DNA of 42,555 bases from Frankiaceae bacterium (lineage in GTDB: Bacteria > Actinomycetota > Actinomycetes > JADGOV01). Below, in pieces: positions 26,393 through 36,163 of the stretch. The stretch lies in the NCBI GenBank assembly GCA_040002735.1, contig JBDUDX010000218.1, positions 1 through 42,555 on the forward strand, in the 5' to 3' direction. Under the pieces are notes generated by a model. That model was not told where the DNA came from, did no database searches, and saw only the letters and a list, made by a program, of their open reading frames with translations. A program made the position numbers and the translations under genes. Every line of letters begins with the position of its first letter. Within the stretch, counting starts at the first letter, position 1.

Positions 26393-26430
26393 TTGCCCAC
26401 ACCGCGCCAGATCGGTCGAAGGAGAAGCAG

Positions 26431-27480
26431 ATGGTGGTCGTCATGGAGCCTGCCGCGAACTCGGCGCAGGTCGCCCACGTAGTCGAGGTCGTGAAGTCGG
26501 CCGGCGGCTCGGCCTTCGTCAGCCGGGGCATCAACCGCACCATCATCGGCCTGGTGGGCGACCGAGCGGTGTTCGAGACGCTGAACCTGCCCGCGCTGCC
26601 CGGGGTCAGTGACGTCGTACCGATCTCCAGCCCGTACAAGCTGGTGAGCCGGCAGAACCATCCGGAGACGTCCACGATCTACGTCGGAGGCGTACCGATC
26701 GGGCCGGATACGGTCACGTTGATCGCCGGGCCGTGCGCGGTGGAGACCGAGGAGCAGACCCTCGCCGCGGCTCAGATGGCGCTGGATGCCGGAGCAGCCC
26801 TGCTGCGCGGCGGCGCGTTCAAGCCACGGACCTCGCCGTACGCCTTCCAGGGACTTGGGAAAGCGGGGCTCGAAATCTTGGCCACCGCTCGGGAGGCCAC
26901 CGGCCTGCCGATCGTCACCGAGGTGGTCGACGCGCACGACGTGCCGCTGGTCGCGAGCTACGCCGACATGTTGCAGGTGGGTACCCGCAACGCTCAGAAC
27001 TTCGCCCTCCTGCAAGCGGTAGGGGCATCGGGTCAGCCGGTGATGCTCAAGCGCGGGTTGAACGCGACCATCGAGGAGTGGCTGATGGCCGCGGAGTACA
27101 TCGCTCAGCGCGGCAACCTGGACATCGTGCTGTGCGAGCGGGGCATCCGTACCTTCGAACCGGCCACCCGCAACACATTGGACGTGAGCGCAGTGCCCAT
27201 CGTGCACTCGCTGTCCCACCTGCCCATCATCGTCGACCCCTCGCACGCCGGCGGGCGGCGTGATCTGGTCCTGCCCCTGTCCCGGGCGGCGGTCGCGGCC
27301 GGGGCGGACGGAGTGATGGTGGACGTGCATCCGCAGCCGGAACTCGCGCTCTGCGATGGCCCCCAGGCGCTGATCGCTGCCGACCTGGCCGAGCTCTCCG
27401 GGTCGCTGGAGGGTCTGGGCGCGCTGTTGGGCCGCCGGCTGGCGCCGCCGCCGGCGCGGATCAGGCCAGTAGCCGGCTGA
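26431..27480 (+). CDS. 3-deoxy-7-phosphoheptulonate (DAHP) synthase, type I-beta (AroF/KDO8PS-like), with an N-terminal ferredoxin/ACT-like regulatory domain.
   Basis: ATG 26431 after SD AAGGAGAAG. N-terminal MVVVMEPAANSAQVAHVVEVVKSAGGSAFVSRG... (ACT-like). Then ...LIAGPCAVETEEQ...GGAFKPRTSPYAFQGLG...MLQVGTRNAQN...PIIVDPSHAGG, collinear with I-beta DAHP synthases. Confidence 0.85.
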   Translation: MVVVMEPAANSAQVAHVVEVVKSAGGSAFVSRGINRTIIGLVGDRAVFETLNLPALPGVSDVVPISSPYKLVSRQNHPETSTIYVGGVPIGPDTVTLIAGPCAVETEEQTLAAAQMALDAGAALLRGGAFKPRTSPYAFQGLGKAGLEILATAREATGLPIVTEVVDAHDVPLVASYADMLQVGTRNAQNFALLQAVGASGQPVMLKRGLNATIEEWLMAAEYIAQRGNLDIVLCERGIRTFEPATRNTLDVSAVPIVHSLSHLPIIVDPSHAGGRRDLVLPLSRAAVAAGADGVMVDVHPQPELALCDGPQALIAADLAELSGSLEGLGALLGRRLAPPPARIRPVAG

Positions 27481-28492
27481 GCACGTCCGCCGCGCGGTCG
27501 ATCCCCGCGTCGTCGACGTCGAGGTGGGTGACCAGGCGCGCCCGCCGCGGCCCGACGACCGAGATCAGGACGCCCTGACTCCGGGCGGCGGCGGCCAGCG
27601 CGGGGGCGTTGTGCCCGGACTCGGTGAGGTCCAACGGCACCAGGTTGGTTTCCACGGTGGCCGGATCGCAGCTCGGCGCGGCCGCTGCCAGCCGGGTGGC
27701 CAACCGGGCGGCGCGAACATGATCCTCGGCAAGCCGGCTCAGGTGATGGCGCAGCGCGTAGAGCCCACCGGCGGCGATCACGCCGGCTTGACGCATGCCG
27801 CCGCCGAGCCGGTGCCGGATCACCCGGGCCTCCTCGGCGTACTCGGTCCGGCAGAGCAGCACTGAGCCGATCGGCGCGCCGAGCCCCTTGGACAGGCAGA
27901 CCGACAAGGTGTCGAACAGCCCGCCGTAGGTAGCAAGCGGCACGCCGGTGGCGATATGCGCGTTCCAGATTCGGGCGCCGTCGCAGTGCAGGCCGACGCC
28001 CACCCCCGCGGTGAGCGACCGCAGCTCCTGCAGAGTTTCCAGCGGATACACCGCGCCGCCACCACGGTTGTGGGTCTGCTCGACGGCGACCGCGCGGGTG
28101 ACCACGGTGTGATAACCGGCCGGCCGCAACTGGGCGGCGACCACCACGGGGTCGAGCAGCCCCCGTTCGGCCACCACAGTACGGCTGGACAGGCCGCCGT
28201 GCTGCGCGGCGCCACCGTCTTCGTAGGTGACGACGTGCGCGTCCGCATCGCAGAGCAGTTCCGACCCTGGCGGCACGAGCAGCCGCAGGCAGATCTGGTT
28301 ACCCATGGTTCCGGTTGGTACGAAGACCGCTGCCTCGAAACCGAAGAGCCCGGCCACCTCCGCTTCCAGCTCGTTCACCGTCGGATCCTCGCCGTACACG
28401 TCGTCGCCGACCAGGGCGCTGGCCATCGCTCGACGCATCGGTTCAGTAGGCCGGGTCAGCGTGTCACTGCGGAGGTCCACCACGTCGGGCAT
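27461..28492 (-). CDS. ltaE: Low-specificity L-threonine aldolase (LtaE family, PLP-dependent).
   Basis: Start at ATG 28492: MPDVVDLRSDTLTRPTEPMRRAMASALVGDDVYGEDPTVNELE...FVPTGTMGNQ...LSKGLGAPIGSVL...RVVTHLDV. This is residue-by-residue collinear with E. coli LtaE. The 3' end overlaps the DAHP synthase stop by 20 bp (convergent). Confidence 0.85.
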   Translation of the reverse strand: MPDVVDLRSDTLTRPTEPMRRAMASALVGDDVYGEDPTVNELEAEVAGLFGFEAAVFVPTGTMGNQICLRLLVPPGSELLCDADAHVVTYEDGGAAQHGGLSSRTVVAERGLLDPVVVAAQLRPAGYHTVVTRAVAVEQTHNRGGGAVYPLETLQELRSLTAGVGVGLHCDGARIWNAHIATGVPLATYGGLFDTLSVCLSKGLGAPIGSVLLCRTEYAEEARVIRHRLGGGMRQAGVIAAGGLYALRHHLSRLAEDHVRAARLATRLAAAAPSCDPATVETNLVPLDLTESGHNAPALAAAARSQGVLISVVGPRRARLVTHLDVDDAGIDRAADVLSRLLA

Positions 28493-28511
28493 TCGGTCAC
28501 GGTAGCCCGCC

Positions 28512-29594
28512 GTGCGGACGACACGCTTTCGCCCGCGGCTCGAATCCCCACGGCCGGAGATCCGCACGCCTACCGTGGGCGTTGTGATCGATCGGGCGTC
28601 CGCGCACGTGGACGCCGATGACATCCGCCGCGTGGTGGCCCGGTACGCCGATCGAGGCTACGACTTTCTGCTCCGCGGCGGTTGCCCGCCGGCCAGGGCG
28701 CCGGAACTCCTGCTGGCTGCGGTGGACCACCTGCTCACGGCGCTGAGCGAACAACCCGCAACCGTCGGCGACCTCCTGGGCTCCTGGCTGCGCGCCGGGC
28801 AGACGCTGGCTCAGCACGACCCTTCCGCACCAGTCAGCGCCCCGGATGACCACCCGGATGACCACCCGGATGACCACCCGGATGACGTCGAGAAACGTGC
28901 GCTCGACGCACTCGCCGAACTGGATGGGGATGGCGGTCGCCTGCTCCTGCTGCGGGATACCTATGACATCCCGCCCGCCTCGGTCGCGGTAGCCGTGGGT
29001 GTGGACCTGCCGGAACTGCGCCAACGCACCGGCACCGCCCGGCTGGCGTTTCTTCGCCGATACGACCCCGCAGCCGCGAACTTGCTGCACGCGCTACCGG
29101 CGTGCCCTGCCGACGTCGGCGACCTGGCCGCACTGTGCGACTCCACTGTTCCGTCCGGGGTCGGGGCAGCGCTGCGCCGGCACGCTTACCACTGCCCGCG
29201 GTGTGAGGAGACCGCGGAGTTACAGCGGCGGGCGCGGCTCATTCTGGGCCGAGTGACCGTGCGACGGCTGGAAGCCGGAACTTCTGCCGCCCTGGTCGCC
29301 GCCGCCGGCCGGCTGGCTGAATCCCGGCTCCCCGTACTGGAGGCAATGCTCGACGACGGCTGGCGCACGACCGCGTTGCCCCACCGCAAGCCGTCGGCGG
29401 TGCGGCGGCCGGTAGCCCTCGCCGCCGTCGGCGCCGCATTGATCGCCGGCCTCGCAGCCGGAGCAGCCGTGGGCGTCGCCGATCGACGGCTGCCGATCCC
29501 TTCGGAGCCGAGGACAGTGCACATGCAGCGCGCCGGGGAGGTGCCGATAGCGGTGGTGTCGCCGACGGCGACCTCCCCGGGCAGGAGCCCTTAG
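28512..29594 (+). CDS. Fused ECF-sigma-like / ZAS anti-sigma membrane protein: diverged sigma region 2, acidic DDHP-repeat linker, sigma region 4 HTH, Cys/His zinc-finger (HxxxCxxC), one transmembrane helix and a short extracytoplasmic tail.
   Basis: Region-4-like RLLLLRDTYDIPPASVAVAVGVDLPELRQRTGTARLAFLRRY. ZAS-like ...ACPADVGDLAALCDS...HAYHCPRC. Transmembrane RRPVALAAVGAALIAGLAAGAAVGV. There is no separate sigma gene next to it. The start is uncertain: GTG 28512 is only 20 nt from the divergent ltaE start, and in-frame GTG 28575/28584 are alternatives. Confidence 0.5.
   Translation: MRTTRFRPRLESPRPEIRTPTVGVVIDRASAHVDADDIRRVVARYADRGYDFLLRGGCPPARAPELLLAAVDHLLTALSEQPATVGDLLGSWLRAGQTLAQHDPSAPVSAPDDHPDDHPDDHPDDVEKRALDALAELDGDGGRLLLLRDTYDIPPASVAVAVGVDLPELRQRTGTARLAFLRRYDPAAANLLHALPACPADVGDLAALCDSTVPSGVGAALRRHAYHCPRCEETAELQRRARLILGRVTVRRLEAGTSAALVAAAGRLAESRLPVLEAMLDDGWRTTALPHRKPSAVRRPVALAAVGAALIAGLAAGAAVGVADRRLPIPSEPRTVHMQRAGEVPIAVVSPTATSPGRSP
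28842..28889 (+). repeat. In-gene 12-bp tandem repeat (CCGGATGACCAC x3 plus one degenerate copy) encoding PDDH units.
   Basis: Read directly at 28842-28889. Confidence 0.7.
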
Positions 29595-29880
29595 TTGATG
29601 CGCCACACGGCCCCGCCGCCAGGCGCGACCGAGAGGACCGATGCGTAGAGGCATCCGCCGCGGACCGCAACACCACCGGTGTACGGGGCCTTGATGGAGT
29701 ACCGCGCGCCGTGCCGCGGAATGACCGTCACCTGGCCGGGGGTGCAGTTCGTGGCCTTCGGCGCGCAGCCGGCGAACATCTCGGATGCGTAGATGGTGCC
29801 GTCACCGCTGACCGCGACGGCGGCGACCGACGTGAGGCCACGCACCGGGGGCAACCGCGGCAAGGGTGGAAACGACCATG

Positions 29881-29916
29881 ACAGTGCCGGAATATCTGGC
29901 AGTGCCGGAATGTCTT
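29881..29916. repeat. 18-bp tandem direct repeat (CAGTGCCGGAATATCTGG / CAGTGCCGGAATGTCTTG) in a low-GC patch immediately downstream of the aroG stop.
   Basis: Read directly. 16 of 18 positions are identical. The surrounding 60 bp is markedly AT-richer than the genome. Confidence 0.6.
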
Positions 29917-29927
29917 GAATACCCGAG

Positions 29928-31286
<1,359 letters not shown>

Positions 31287-31343
31287 CTACGGCTAACCTG
31301 CACGCACCGATCGGCTCTCCAAGCCGGTAGGGGAGGAGTCCTG

Positions 31344-33290
31344 GTGGCGCATCAGCAGGCAACAGCAAGCCCCCCGCCCAGCGGCGAAGCTCTGCTGAGC
31401 GGGATGCCGGCGACCGTTCCCCTGCCCGAGGCCGACGGCTACGCCTACGGCAGTCCGTTCCCCCCAATCGCGGACTACGCGTTCCTCTCCGACTGCCAGT
31501 TCAGCTGCCTGATCGCCCCGAGCGGCAACGTCGAGTGGATGTGCCTCCCACGGCCGGACGACGCCTCGGTCTTCGGCGCAATGCTCGACCGCTCCGCCGG
31601 CGGCTTCCGGGTCGGCCCGGAGGACGTGATGATTCCGGCCGGGCGGCGCTACCTGCCCGGCACCATGGTCCTGGAGACCACTTGGCAGACCCGTACCGGC
31701 TGGCTGATCGTCCGCGACCTGCTCGCCGTTGGGCCGTGGTACCAGACCGATCAGCGGTCCCGGAGCCACCGCCGCACGCCCACCGACCACGACGCCGAAC
31801 ACACCCTGTACCGGCTGGTGCGCTGTATACACGGCACGGTCGACGTGGTGGTGGACTGCGAGCCGTCGTTCAACTACGGCCTGTCCGACGCGGTCTGGTC
31901 TTACACCGGCTCGGGATACGGACAGGCCCTGGCCACCGCAGCCGATGTGGACCTGGAACTGCGCGTGGTCACCGACATGCGGCTCGGCTTCGAGGGTCGC
32001 CGGGCGCACGCCCGCACCATGCTGCGCGAGGGCGAGACCGCGTACGTCGCCCTCGCATGGTCCGACCACGACCTGCCGGAGACCTCCGACGACGCGTACG
32101 AGGCGCTGCTGCGAACGTCGGAGTTCTGGCGGCGCTGGATCAATAAGGGCGACTTCCCCGACCACCCCTGGCGGGTGTACCTGCAGCGCAGCGCCCTGAC
32201 CCTGAAGGGCCTCACCTACGCCCCGACCGGCGCGCTGCTCGCGGCAGCCACCACGTCGCTGCCGGAGACTCCCGGCGGCACCCGCAACTACGACTACCGC
32301 TTCGCCTGGATCCGGGACGCCACCTTCGCGCTGTGGGGGCTGTACACCCTCGGTTTCGACTACGAAGCGAACGACTTCTTCTACTTCATCGCCGACGCCT
32401 GCCAGGGGGACGCGGCCCTGCAGATCATGTACGGGGTAGGCGGCGAGCGCGAGCTGCCGGAACGGACGCTGGACCACCTCTCCGGATACGAAGGCTCGGC
32501 GCCGGTCCGGGTCGGCAACGCCGCCTATGACCAGGCCCAGCACGACGTCTGGGGCGCCGTCCTGGACTCGGTCTACCTGCACACCAAGTCCCGGGACTAC
32601 ATCCCGGAACGAGTCTGGCCGCTGCTGGTCCGCCAGGTCGAGGCGGCCCTCGCGCACTGGCGCGAGCCGGACCGCGGCATCTGGGAGGTACGCGGGGAGC
32701 CGCAGCATTTCACCGCGTCGAAGCTGATGTGTTGGGTGGCGGCGGACCGCGGTGCCCGGCTTGCCCAGCTGCGCCAGGACGTGGCCAACTACGCCCGGTG
32801 GCGGGCGGCGGCCGATGAGATGCACGCCGACATTTGCGCCAACGGCGTGGACGAGCGTGGCGTCTTCACCCAGTCCTACGGCTCGACCGCGCTGGACGCC
32901 TCGCTGCTGCTGATGCCGCTGCTGCGCTTCCTGCCCGGCGAGGACCCGCGGCTACGGGCCACCGTGATGGCCATCGCCGACGAACTGAGCGTCGACGGAC
33001 TGGTCCGCCGGTACGACGCCTCGGAGACCGACGATGGGTTCGAGGGCGAGGAAGGCACGTTCACCATCTGCTCGTTCTGGCTGGTCTCCGCGCTGGTGGA
33101 GATCGGTGAGATCGGTCGGGCCACCCAGCTCTGCGAGAAATTGCTCGGGTACGCCTCCGCGCTGCACCTCTACGCCGAAGAGATCGACCCGGCCAGCGGG
33201 CGGCACCTCGGCAACTTCCCGCAGGCGTTCACCCACCTCGCCCTGATCAACGCGGTGATGCACGTGATCCGGGCGACGGAGTCGCTGTGA
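31344..33290 (+). CDS. Glycoside hydrolase family 15 protein (glucoamylase/trehalase-like).
   Basis: 648 aa. N-terminal beta-sandwich (YAFLSDCQFSCLIAPSGNVEWMCLPRPD) and (alpha/alpha)6 catalytic part (...RNYDYRFAWIRDATFALWGL...QHDVWGAVLDSVYLH...FTICSFWLVSAL). GTG start. Confidence 0.85.
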   Translation: MAHQQATASPPPSGEALLSGMPATVPLPEADGYAYGSPFPPIADYAFLSDCQFSCLIAPSGNVEWMCLPRPDDASVFGAMLDRSAGGFRVGPEDVMIPAGRRYLPGTMVLETTWQTRTGWLIVRDLLAVGPWYQTDQRSRSHRRTPTDHDAEHTLYRLVRCIHGTVDVVVDCEPSFNYGLSDAVWSYTGSGYGQALATAADVDLELRVVTDMRLGFEGRRAHARTMLREGETAYVALAWSDHDLPETSDDAYEALLRTSEFWRRWINKGDFPDHPWRVYLQRSALTLKGLTYAPTGALLAAATTSLPETPGGTRNYDYRFAWIRDATFALWGLYTLGFDYEANDFFYFIADACQGDAALQIMYGVGGERELPERTLDHLSGYEGSAPVRVGNAAYDQAQHDVWGAVLDSVYLHTKSRDYIPERVWPLLVRQVEAALAHWREPDRGIWEVRGEPQHFTASKLMCWVAADRGARLAQLRQDVANYARWRAAADEMHADICANGVDERGVFTQSYGSTALDASLLLMPLLRFLPGEDPRLRATVMAIADELSVDGLVRRYDASETDDGFEGEEGTFTICSFWLVSALVEIGEIGRATQLCEKLLGYASALHLYAEEIDPASGRHLGNFPQAFTHLALINAVMHVIRATESL

Positions 33291-33332
33291 GGTCGAGCGG
33301 GATTCCCGCCGGAAGCGGCTGCTTGCCGAAAA

Positions 33333-33587
33333 TCAGTAGTGATACCGGGCTTGCAGAATGACGATGTCCTGTCCGTCCACCAGGTAGACCAGGCGGTGTT
33401 CCTCACTGATCCGTCGGGACCAGGCGCCGGCGAGTGCATGCCTCAACTGCTCCGGCTTGCCGATGCCTTCATAGGGATCCCGAAGCACATCGTCGATAAG
33501 CCGGTTGATGCGCTTGACCGTCGCCCGATCCGAAGCAACCCAGTGCTGATAATCCGCCCAGCCGTGCGGCGTGAGCACGAGCCTCAT
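33333..33587 (-). CDS. yoeB: YoeB/Txe-family type II toxin (mRNA interferase).
   Basis: 84 aa MRLVLTPHGWADYQHWVASDRATVKRINRLIDDVLRDPYEGIGKPEQLRHALAGAWSRRISEEHRLVYLVDGQDIVILQARYHY: YoeB fold residues throughout. Confidence 0.85.
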   Translation of the reverse strand: MRLVLTPHGWADYQHWVASDRATVKRINRLIDDVLRDPYEGIGKPEQLRHALAGAWSRRISEEHRLVYLVDGQDIVILQARYHY

Positions 33588-33835
33588 CGCTGCAGTTCGT
33601 GTTCCTCCCGGGCTCCGTTGGCTGCCTGATCCAAGCTTTCCAGTAGCCGGCGCGCGTTCGCGGGGCCGCGCAGCAGGTGAGCCGTTTCGGTCAATGCGTC
33701 GAAGTCGGTACGCGACATCAGGACTGCACTACCTCGCCGAGAATTGATTTCGACGGGCGTCCGATCGTCATTCACCTGCTCGATGAGCGGGAAGAGATTC
33801 TTTCTTGCTTCACTCGCCGTGATGGCCATGGCCAC
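33584..33835 (-). CDS. yefM: YefM/Phd-family antitoxin.
   Basis: 83 aa MAMAITASEARKNLFPLIEQVNDDRTPVEINSRRGSAVLMSRTDFDALTETAHLL.... Its stop overlaps the yoeB start (ATGA). Confidence 0.85.
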   Translation of the reverse strand: MAMAITASEARKNLFPLIEQVNDDRTPVEINSRRGSAVLMSRTDFDALTETAHLLRGPANARRLLESLDQAANGAREEHELQR

Positions 33836-33944
33836 CTCCCATCCGTACCGGAAACAGTACCACTACCTGCCCTGGTCAGGAGTCTTCCGAGACGGCGCCC
33901 GGCGCCTCCCTTCGATCGCGGGAAGCGCCGGGAACGGCCTTGCC

Positions 33945-34751
33945 TCAGGCGGTGGGCGTCTTTGCGGGCATCGCCTCGTTGGCAGCGACCAGGCTGAACT
34001 GCGCACCGGTGGGATCGCCGACCACGGCAATCCGGCCGTACGGAGTGTCCTCCGCCGGCATCAGGACCGAGCCGCCGAGCTCGAGCACCTTCGCAACGGC
34101 GACGTCGGTGTCGGCAGCACCGAAGTACGTTCCCCAGTGGGCCGGGATGCCTTCGGAGAGATGACCGGCTGAGTCCATGATCCCAGCGAGCTCCTCCTCC
34201 GGCTGCGCGCCGATGAGGGTGGTGTAGCGAAACTCCGGTGTGTCACTGACCACGTGGGTTTGCCAGCCGAACACGTTGCGATAGAAGGCGACGGCGCTGT
34301 CGTAGTCCCGGGTATGCAGCTCGAACCAGCTCGGTGCGCCGGTTTCGCCCCACACCCCGAAACCCTTGTGCGTGCCCGGCTGCCACACTCCGATTGCCGC
34401 GCCGCCGGCGTCGGTGACGTAGGCCATGGTGCCGAGGTCGGCGACCGGCATCGCGGAGACGAGAACCTGACCGCCGTTGGCGACGGCAACCTCCAGGGTC
34501 TTCTCGGTATCGTCGCTGGCCAGATAGACCGACCAGACATCTGGCTGGCCGGAGTCCGACTGGCTCGCCATACAACCAGCGACGAGTACGCCGTCCTTGC
34601 TGAAGTTGAAGTAACCGCCGAACTCCTCCGCCGGATCGCTCGCGACCCAGCCGAACAGCTCGGTGTAGAACGCTCGGCTGCGCTGCGGGTCCGAGGTCAT
34701 CAGATCCACCCAGCAAGGCGCTCCGATGGGGGCGGTGTCTCGTGTGGGCAT
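33945..34751 (-). CDS. Two-domain VOC-superfamily (glyoxalase/bleomycin-resistance/dioxygenase-like) protein.
   Basis: Start at ATG 34751 (MPTRDTAPIGAPCWVDLMTSDPQRSRAFYTELFGW...). Two repeats of the beta-alpha-beta3 pattern (WVDL...FYTELFGW and WFELHTRDYDSAVAFYRNVFGW). Confidence 0.75.
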   Translation of the reverse strand: MPTRDTAPIGAPCWVDLMTSDPQRSRAFYTELFGWVASDPAEEFGGYFNFSKDGVLVAGCMASQSDSGQPDVWSVYLASDDTEKTLEVAVANGGQVLVSAMPVADLGTMAYVTDAGGAAIGVWQPGTHKGFGVWGETGAPSWFELHTRDYDSAVAFYRNVFGWQTHVVSDTPEFRYTTLIGAQPEEELAGIMDSAGHLSEGIPAHWGTYFGAADTDVAVAKVLELGGSVLMPAEDTPYGRIAVVGDPTGAQFSLVAANEAMPAKTPTA

Positions 34752-34856
34752 GTGCGTTCCTCTCTGCGTGCTGATCGACCATGTCACTGTCTTCGACGCC
34801 GGAGCCGGCGAAAACTCATCGGATCTTTCATCGGGCGCCTTCCGTAGCATGGGCCC

Positions 34857-35840
34857 GTGAGCGCACCGACCGTCTCTTCAGACCCGCTCGAGGATCAACT
34901 GGAGCGGCACCGCACCGAACTGGTCGCGTACTGCTACCGGATGCTCGGCTCGCCATTCGAGGCCCAGGACGCGGTGCAGGAGACGTTCCTTCGAGCCTGG
35001 CGGGCGTACGACCGCTTCGAAGGCCGCGCATCGCTGCGCTCGTGGCTGTACCGCATCGCCACCAACGTCTGCCTCGACATGCTGCGCAGCGTTGAGCGGC
35101 GGGCGCTTCCGATGGACCTCGGTCCGTCCCGCGAGCCGGTGGCCGGAAACCTGCACGAGTTACCGGAGACGACCTGGCTCGAGCCGGTACCAGACAGTCT
35201 CGTCGTGGCCACGAACCGCGATCCGGCAGACGTTGCCGCCACCCGGGATACGGTTCGGCTGGCTTTCGTCGCCGCTCTGCAGCATCTCCCGCCGCGCCAG
35301 CGGGCCGCCCTGATCCTGTGCGATGTGCTGCAGTGGAAGGCCAGCGAGGTCGCTGAGCTGCTGGTAACCACGGTCGCCGCGGTGAACAGCGCCCTGCAGC
35401 GTGCCCGGGCGACGTTGGAGGCGAGCAAGCCCACCGCCTTGACGCCGGCTGTGCCGCTCAGCGACAGCGATCGGGCGCTGCTGGAGCGGTATGTCAAGGC
35501 GTTCGAGGCCTATGACATGGCAGCCCTGACCGCGCTCATCTCCGAAGACGCCATCCAGTCGATGCCGCCGTATGACCTGTGGCTCTCCGGCCGCGAGGAC
35601 ATCTTCCGGTGGTGGCTGGGGCCGGGCATCGGGTGCCGCGGTTCCCGCCTGGTCCCGACGGTGGCCGCGAACGGTCTTCCCGCCTACGGCCAGTACAAGC
35701 CAAGTGATGCCGGCGACTACCAGCCGTGGGCGCTGCAGGTGGTGGAGATACGCGACGGCCGGATCGGCGAGCTAACGTTCTTTCTCAGCACCGAGGGGCT
35801 ATTTCCGCTGTTCGGGCTTCCCCTTCGCCTCGACGCTTGA
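34857..35840 (+). CDS. ECF sigma factor of the ECF41/SigJ type, with a C-terminal SnoaL/NTF2-like extension.
   Basis: Region 2 ELVAYCYRMLGSPFEAQDAVQETFLRAWRAYDRFEGRASLRSWLYRIATNVCLD. Region 4 LPPRQRAALILCDVLQWKASEVAELLVTTVAAVNSALQRAR. Extension with DMAALTALISEDA...YGQYKP...VVEIRDGRIGELTFF, typical of ECF41. Confidence 0.8.
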   Translation: MSAPTVSSDPLEDQLERHRTELVAYCYRMLGSPFEAQDAVQETFLRAWRAYDRFEGRASLRSWLYRIATNVCLDMLRSVERRALPMDLGPSREPVAGNLHELPETTWLEPVPDSLVVATNRDPADVAATRDTVRLAFVAALQHLPPRQRAALILCDVLQWKASEVAELLVTTVAAVNSALQRARATLEASKPTALTPAVPLSDSDRALLERYVKAFEAYDMAALTALISEDAIQSMPPYDLWLSGREDIFRWWLGPGIGCRGSRLVPTVAANGLPAYGQYKPSDAGDYQPWALQVVEIRDGRIGELTFFLSTEGLFPLFGLPLRLDA

Positions 35841-36128
35841 CCACCGTGCAGGAAGAGTTGCGCACGGAAGTGCCTCGCTGAGGCCCATCCAAGCGACGAG
35901 GTCCACCAGTTCCGCGGAGGCGTTGCACAGCCGTACCTGGCAGGCGTAGCGCTGGGCGGCGAGTTGCAGTCGAGCAAGTGCTTCGACCGTGACCGCATCC
36001 GGAGCCACGCCAGCCACGTCGCAGTACGCGATCCGGCCCCGATTGCCGGCGAAAAGGACGCAGACCCGGTCCGACAGGCCGGGGAGGTCCGCCCGCTCGA
36101 TCGGGCCCCGGACCGCGAAGGTAATCAT
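35799..36128 (-). CDS. STAS-domain protein (anti-sigma-factor-antagonist-like).
   Basis: 109 aa MITFAVRGPIERADLPGLSDRVCVLFAGNRGRIAYCDVAGVAPDAVTVEALARLQLAAQRYACQVRLCNASAELVDLVAWMGL: STAS beta-alpha pattern. Its 3' end overlaps the sigma gene end (convergent). Confidence 0.65.
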   Translation of the reverse strand: MITFAVRGPIERADLPGLSDRVCVLFAGNRGRIAYCDVAGVAPDAVTVEALARLQLAAQRYACQVRLCNASAELVDLVAWMGLSEALPCATLPARWSSVEAKGKPEQRK

Positions 36129-36163
36129 GAGGGGGACCGAGAGCCGGCCGCCTCAACCGGAGG

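Noticed and set aside
26210-26430. Classical leader-peptide attenuator with tandem aromatic codons upstream of the DAHP synthase.
   Set aside because: No short ORF with clustered Trp/Phe/Tyr codons was found in any plus-strand frame. Only the hairpin and T-run elements are reported.
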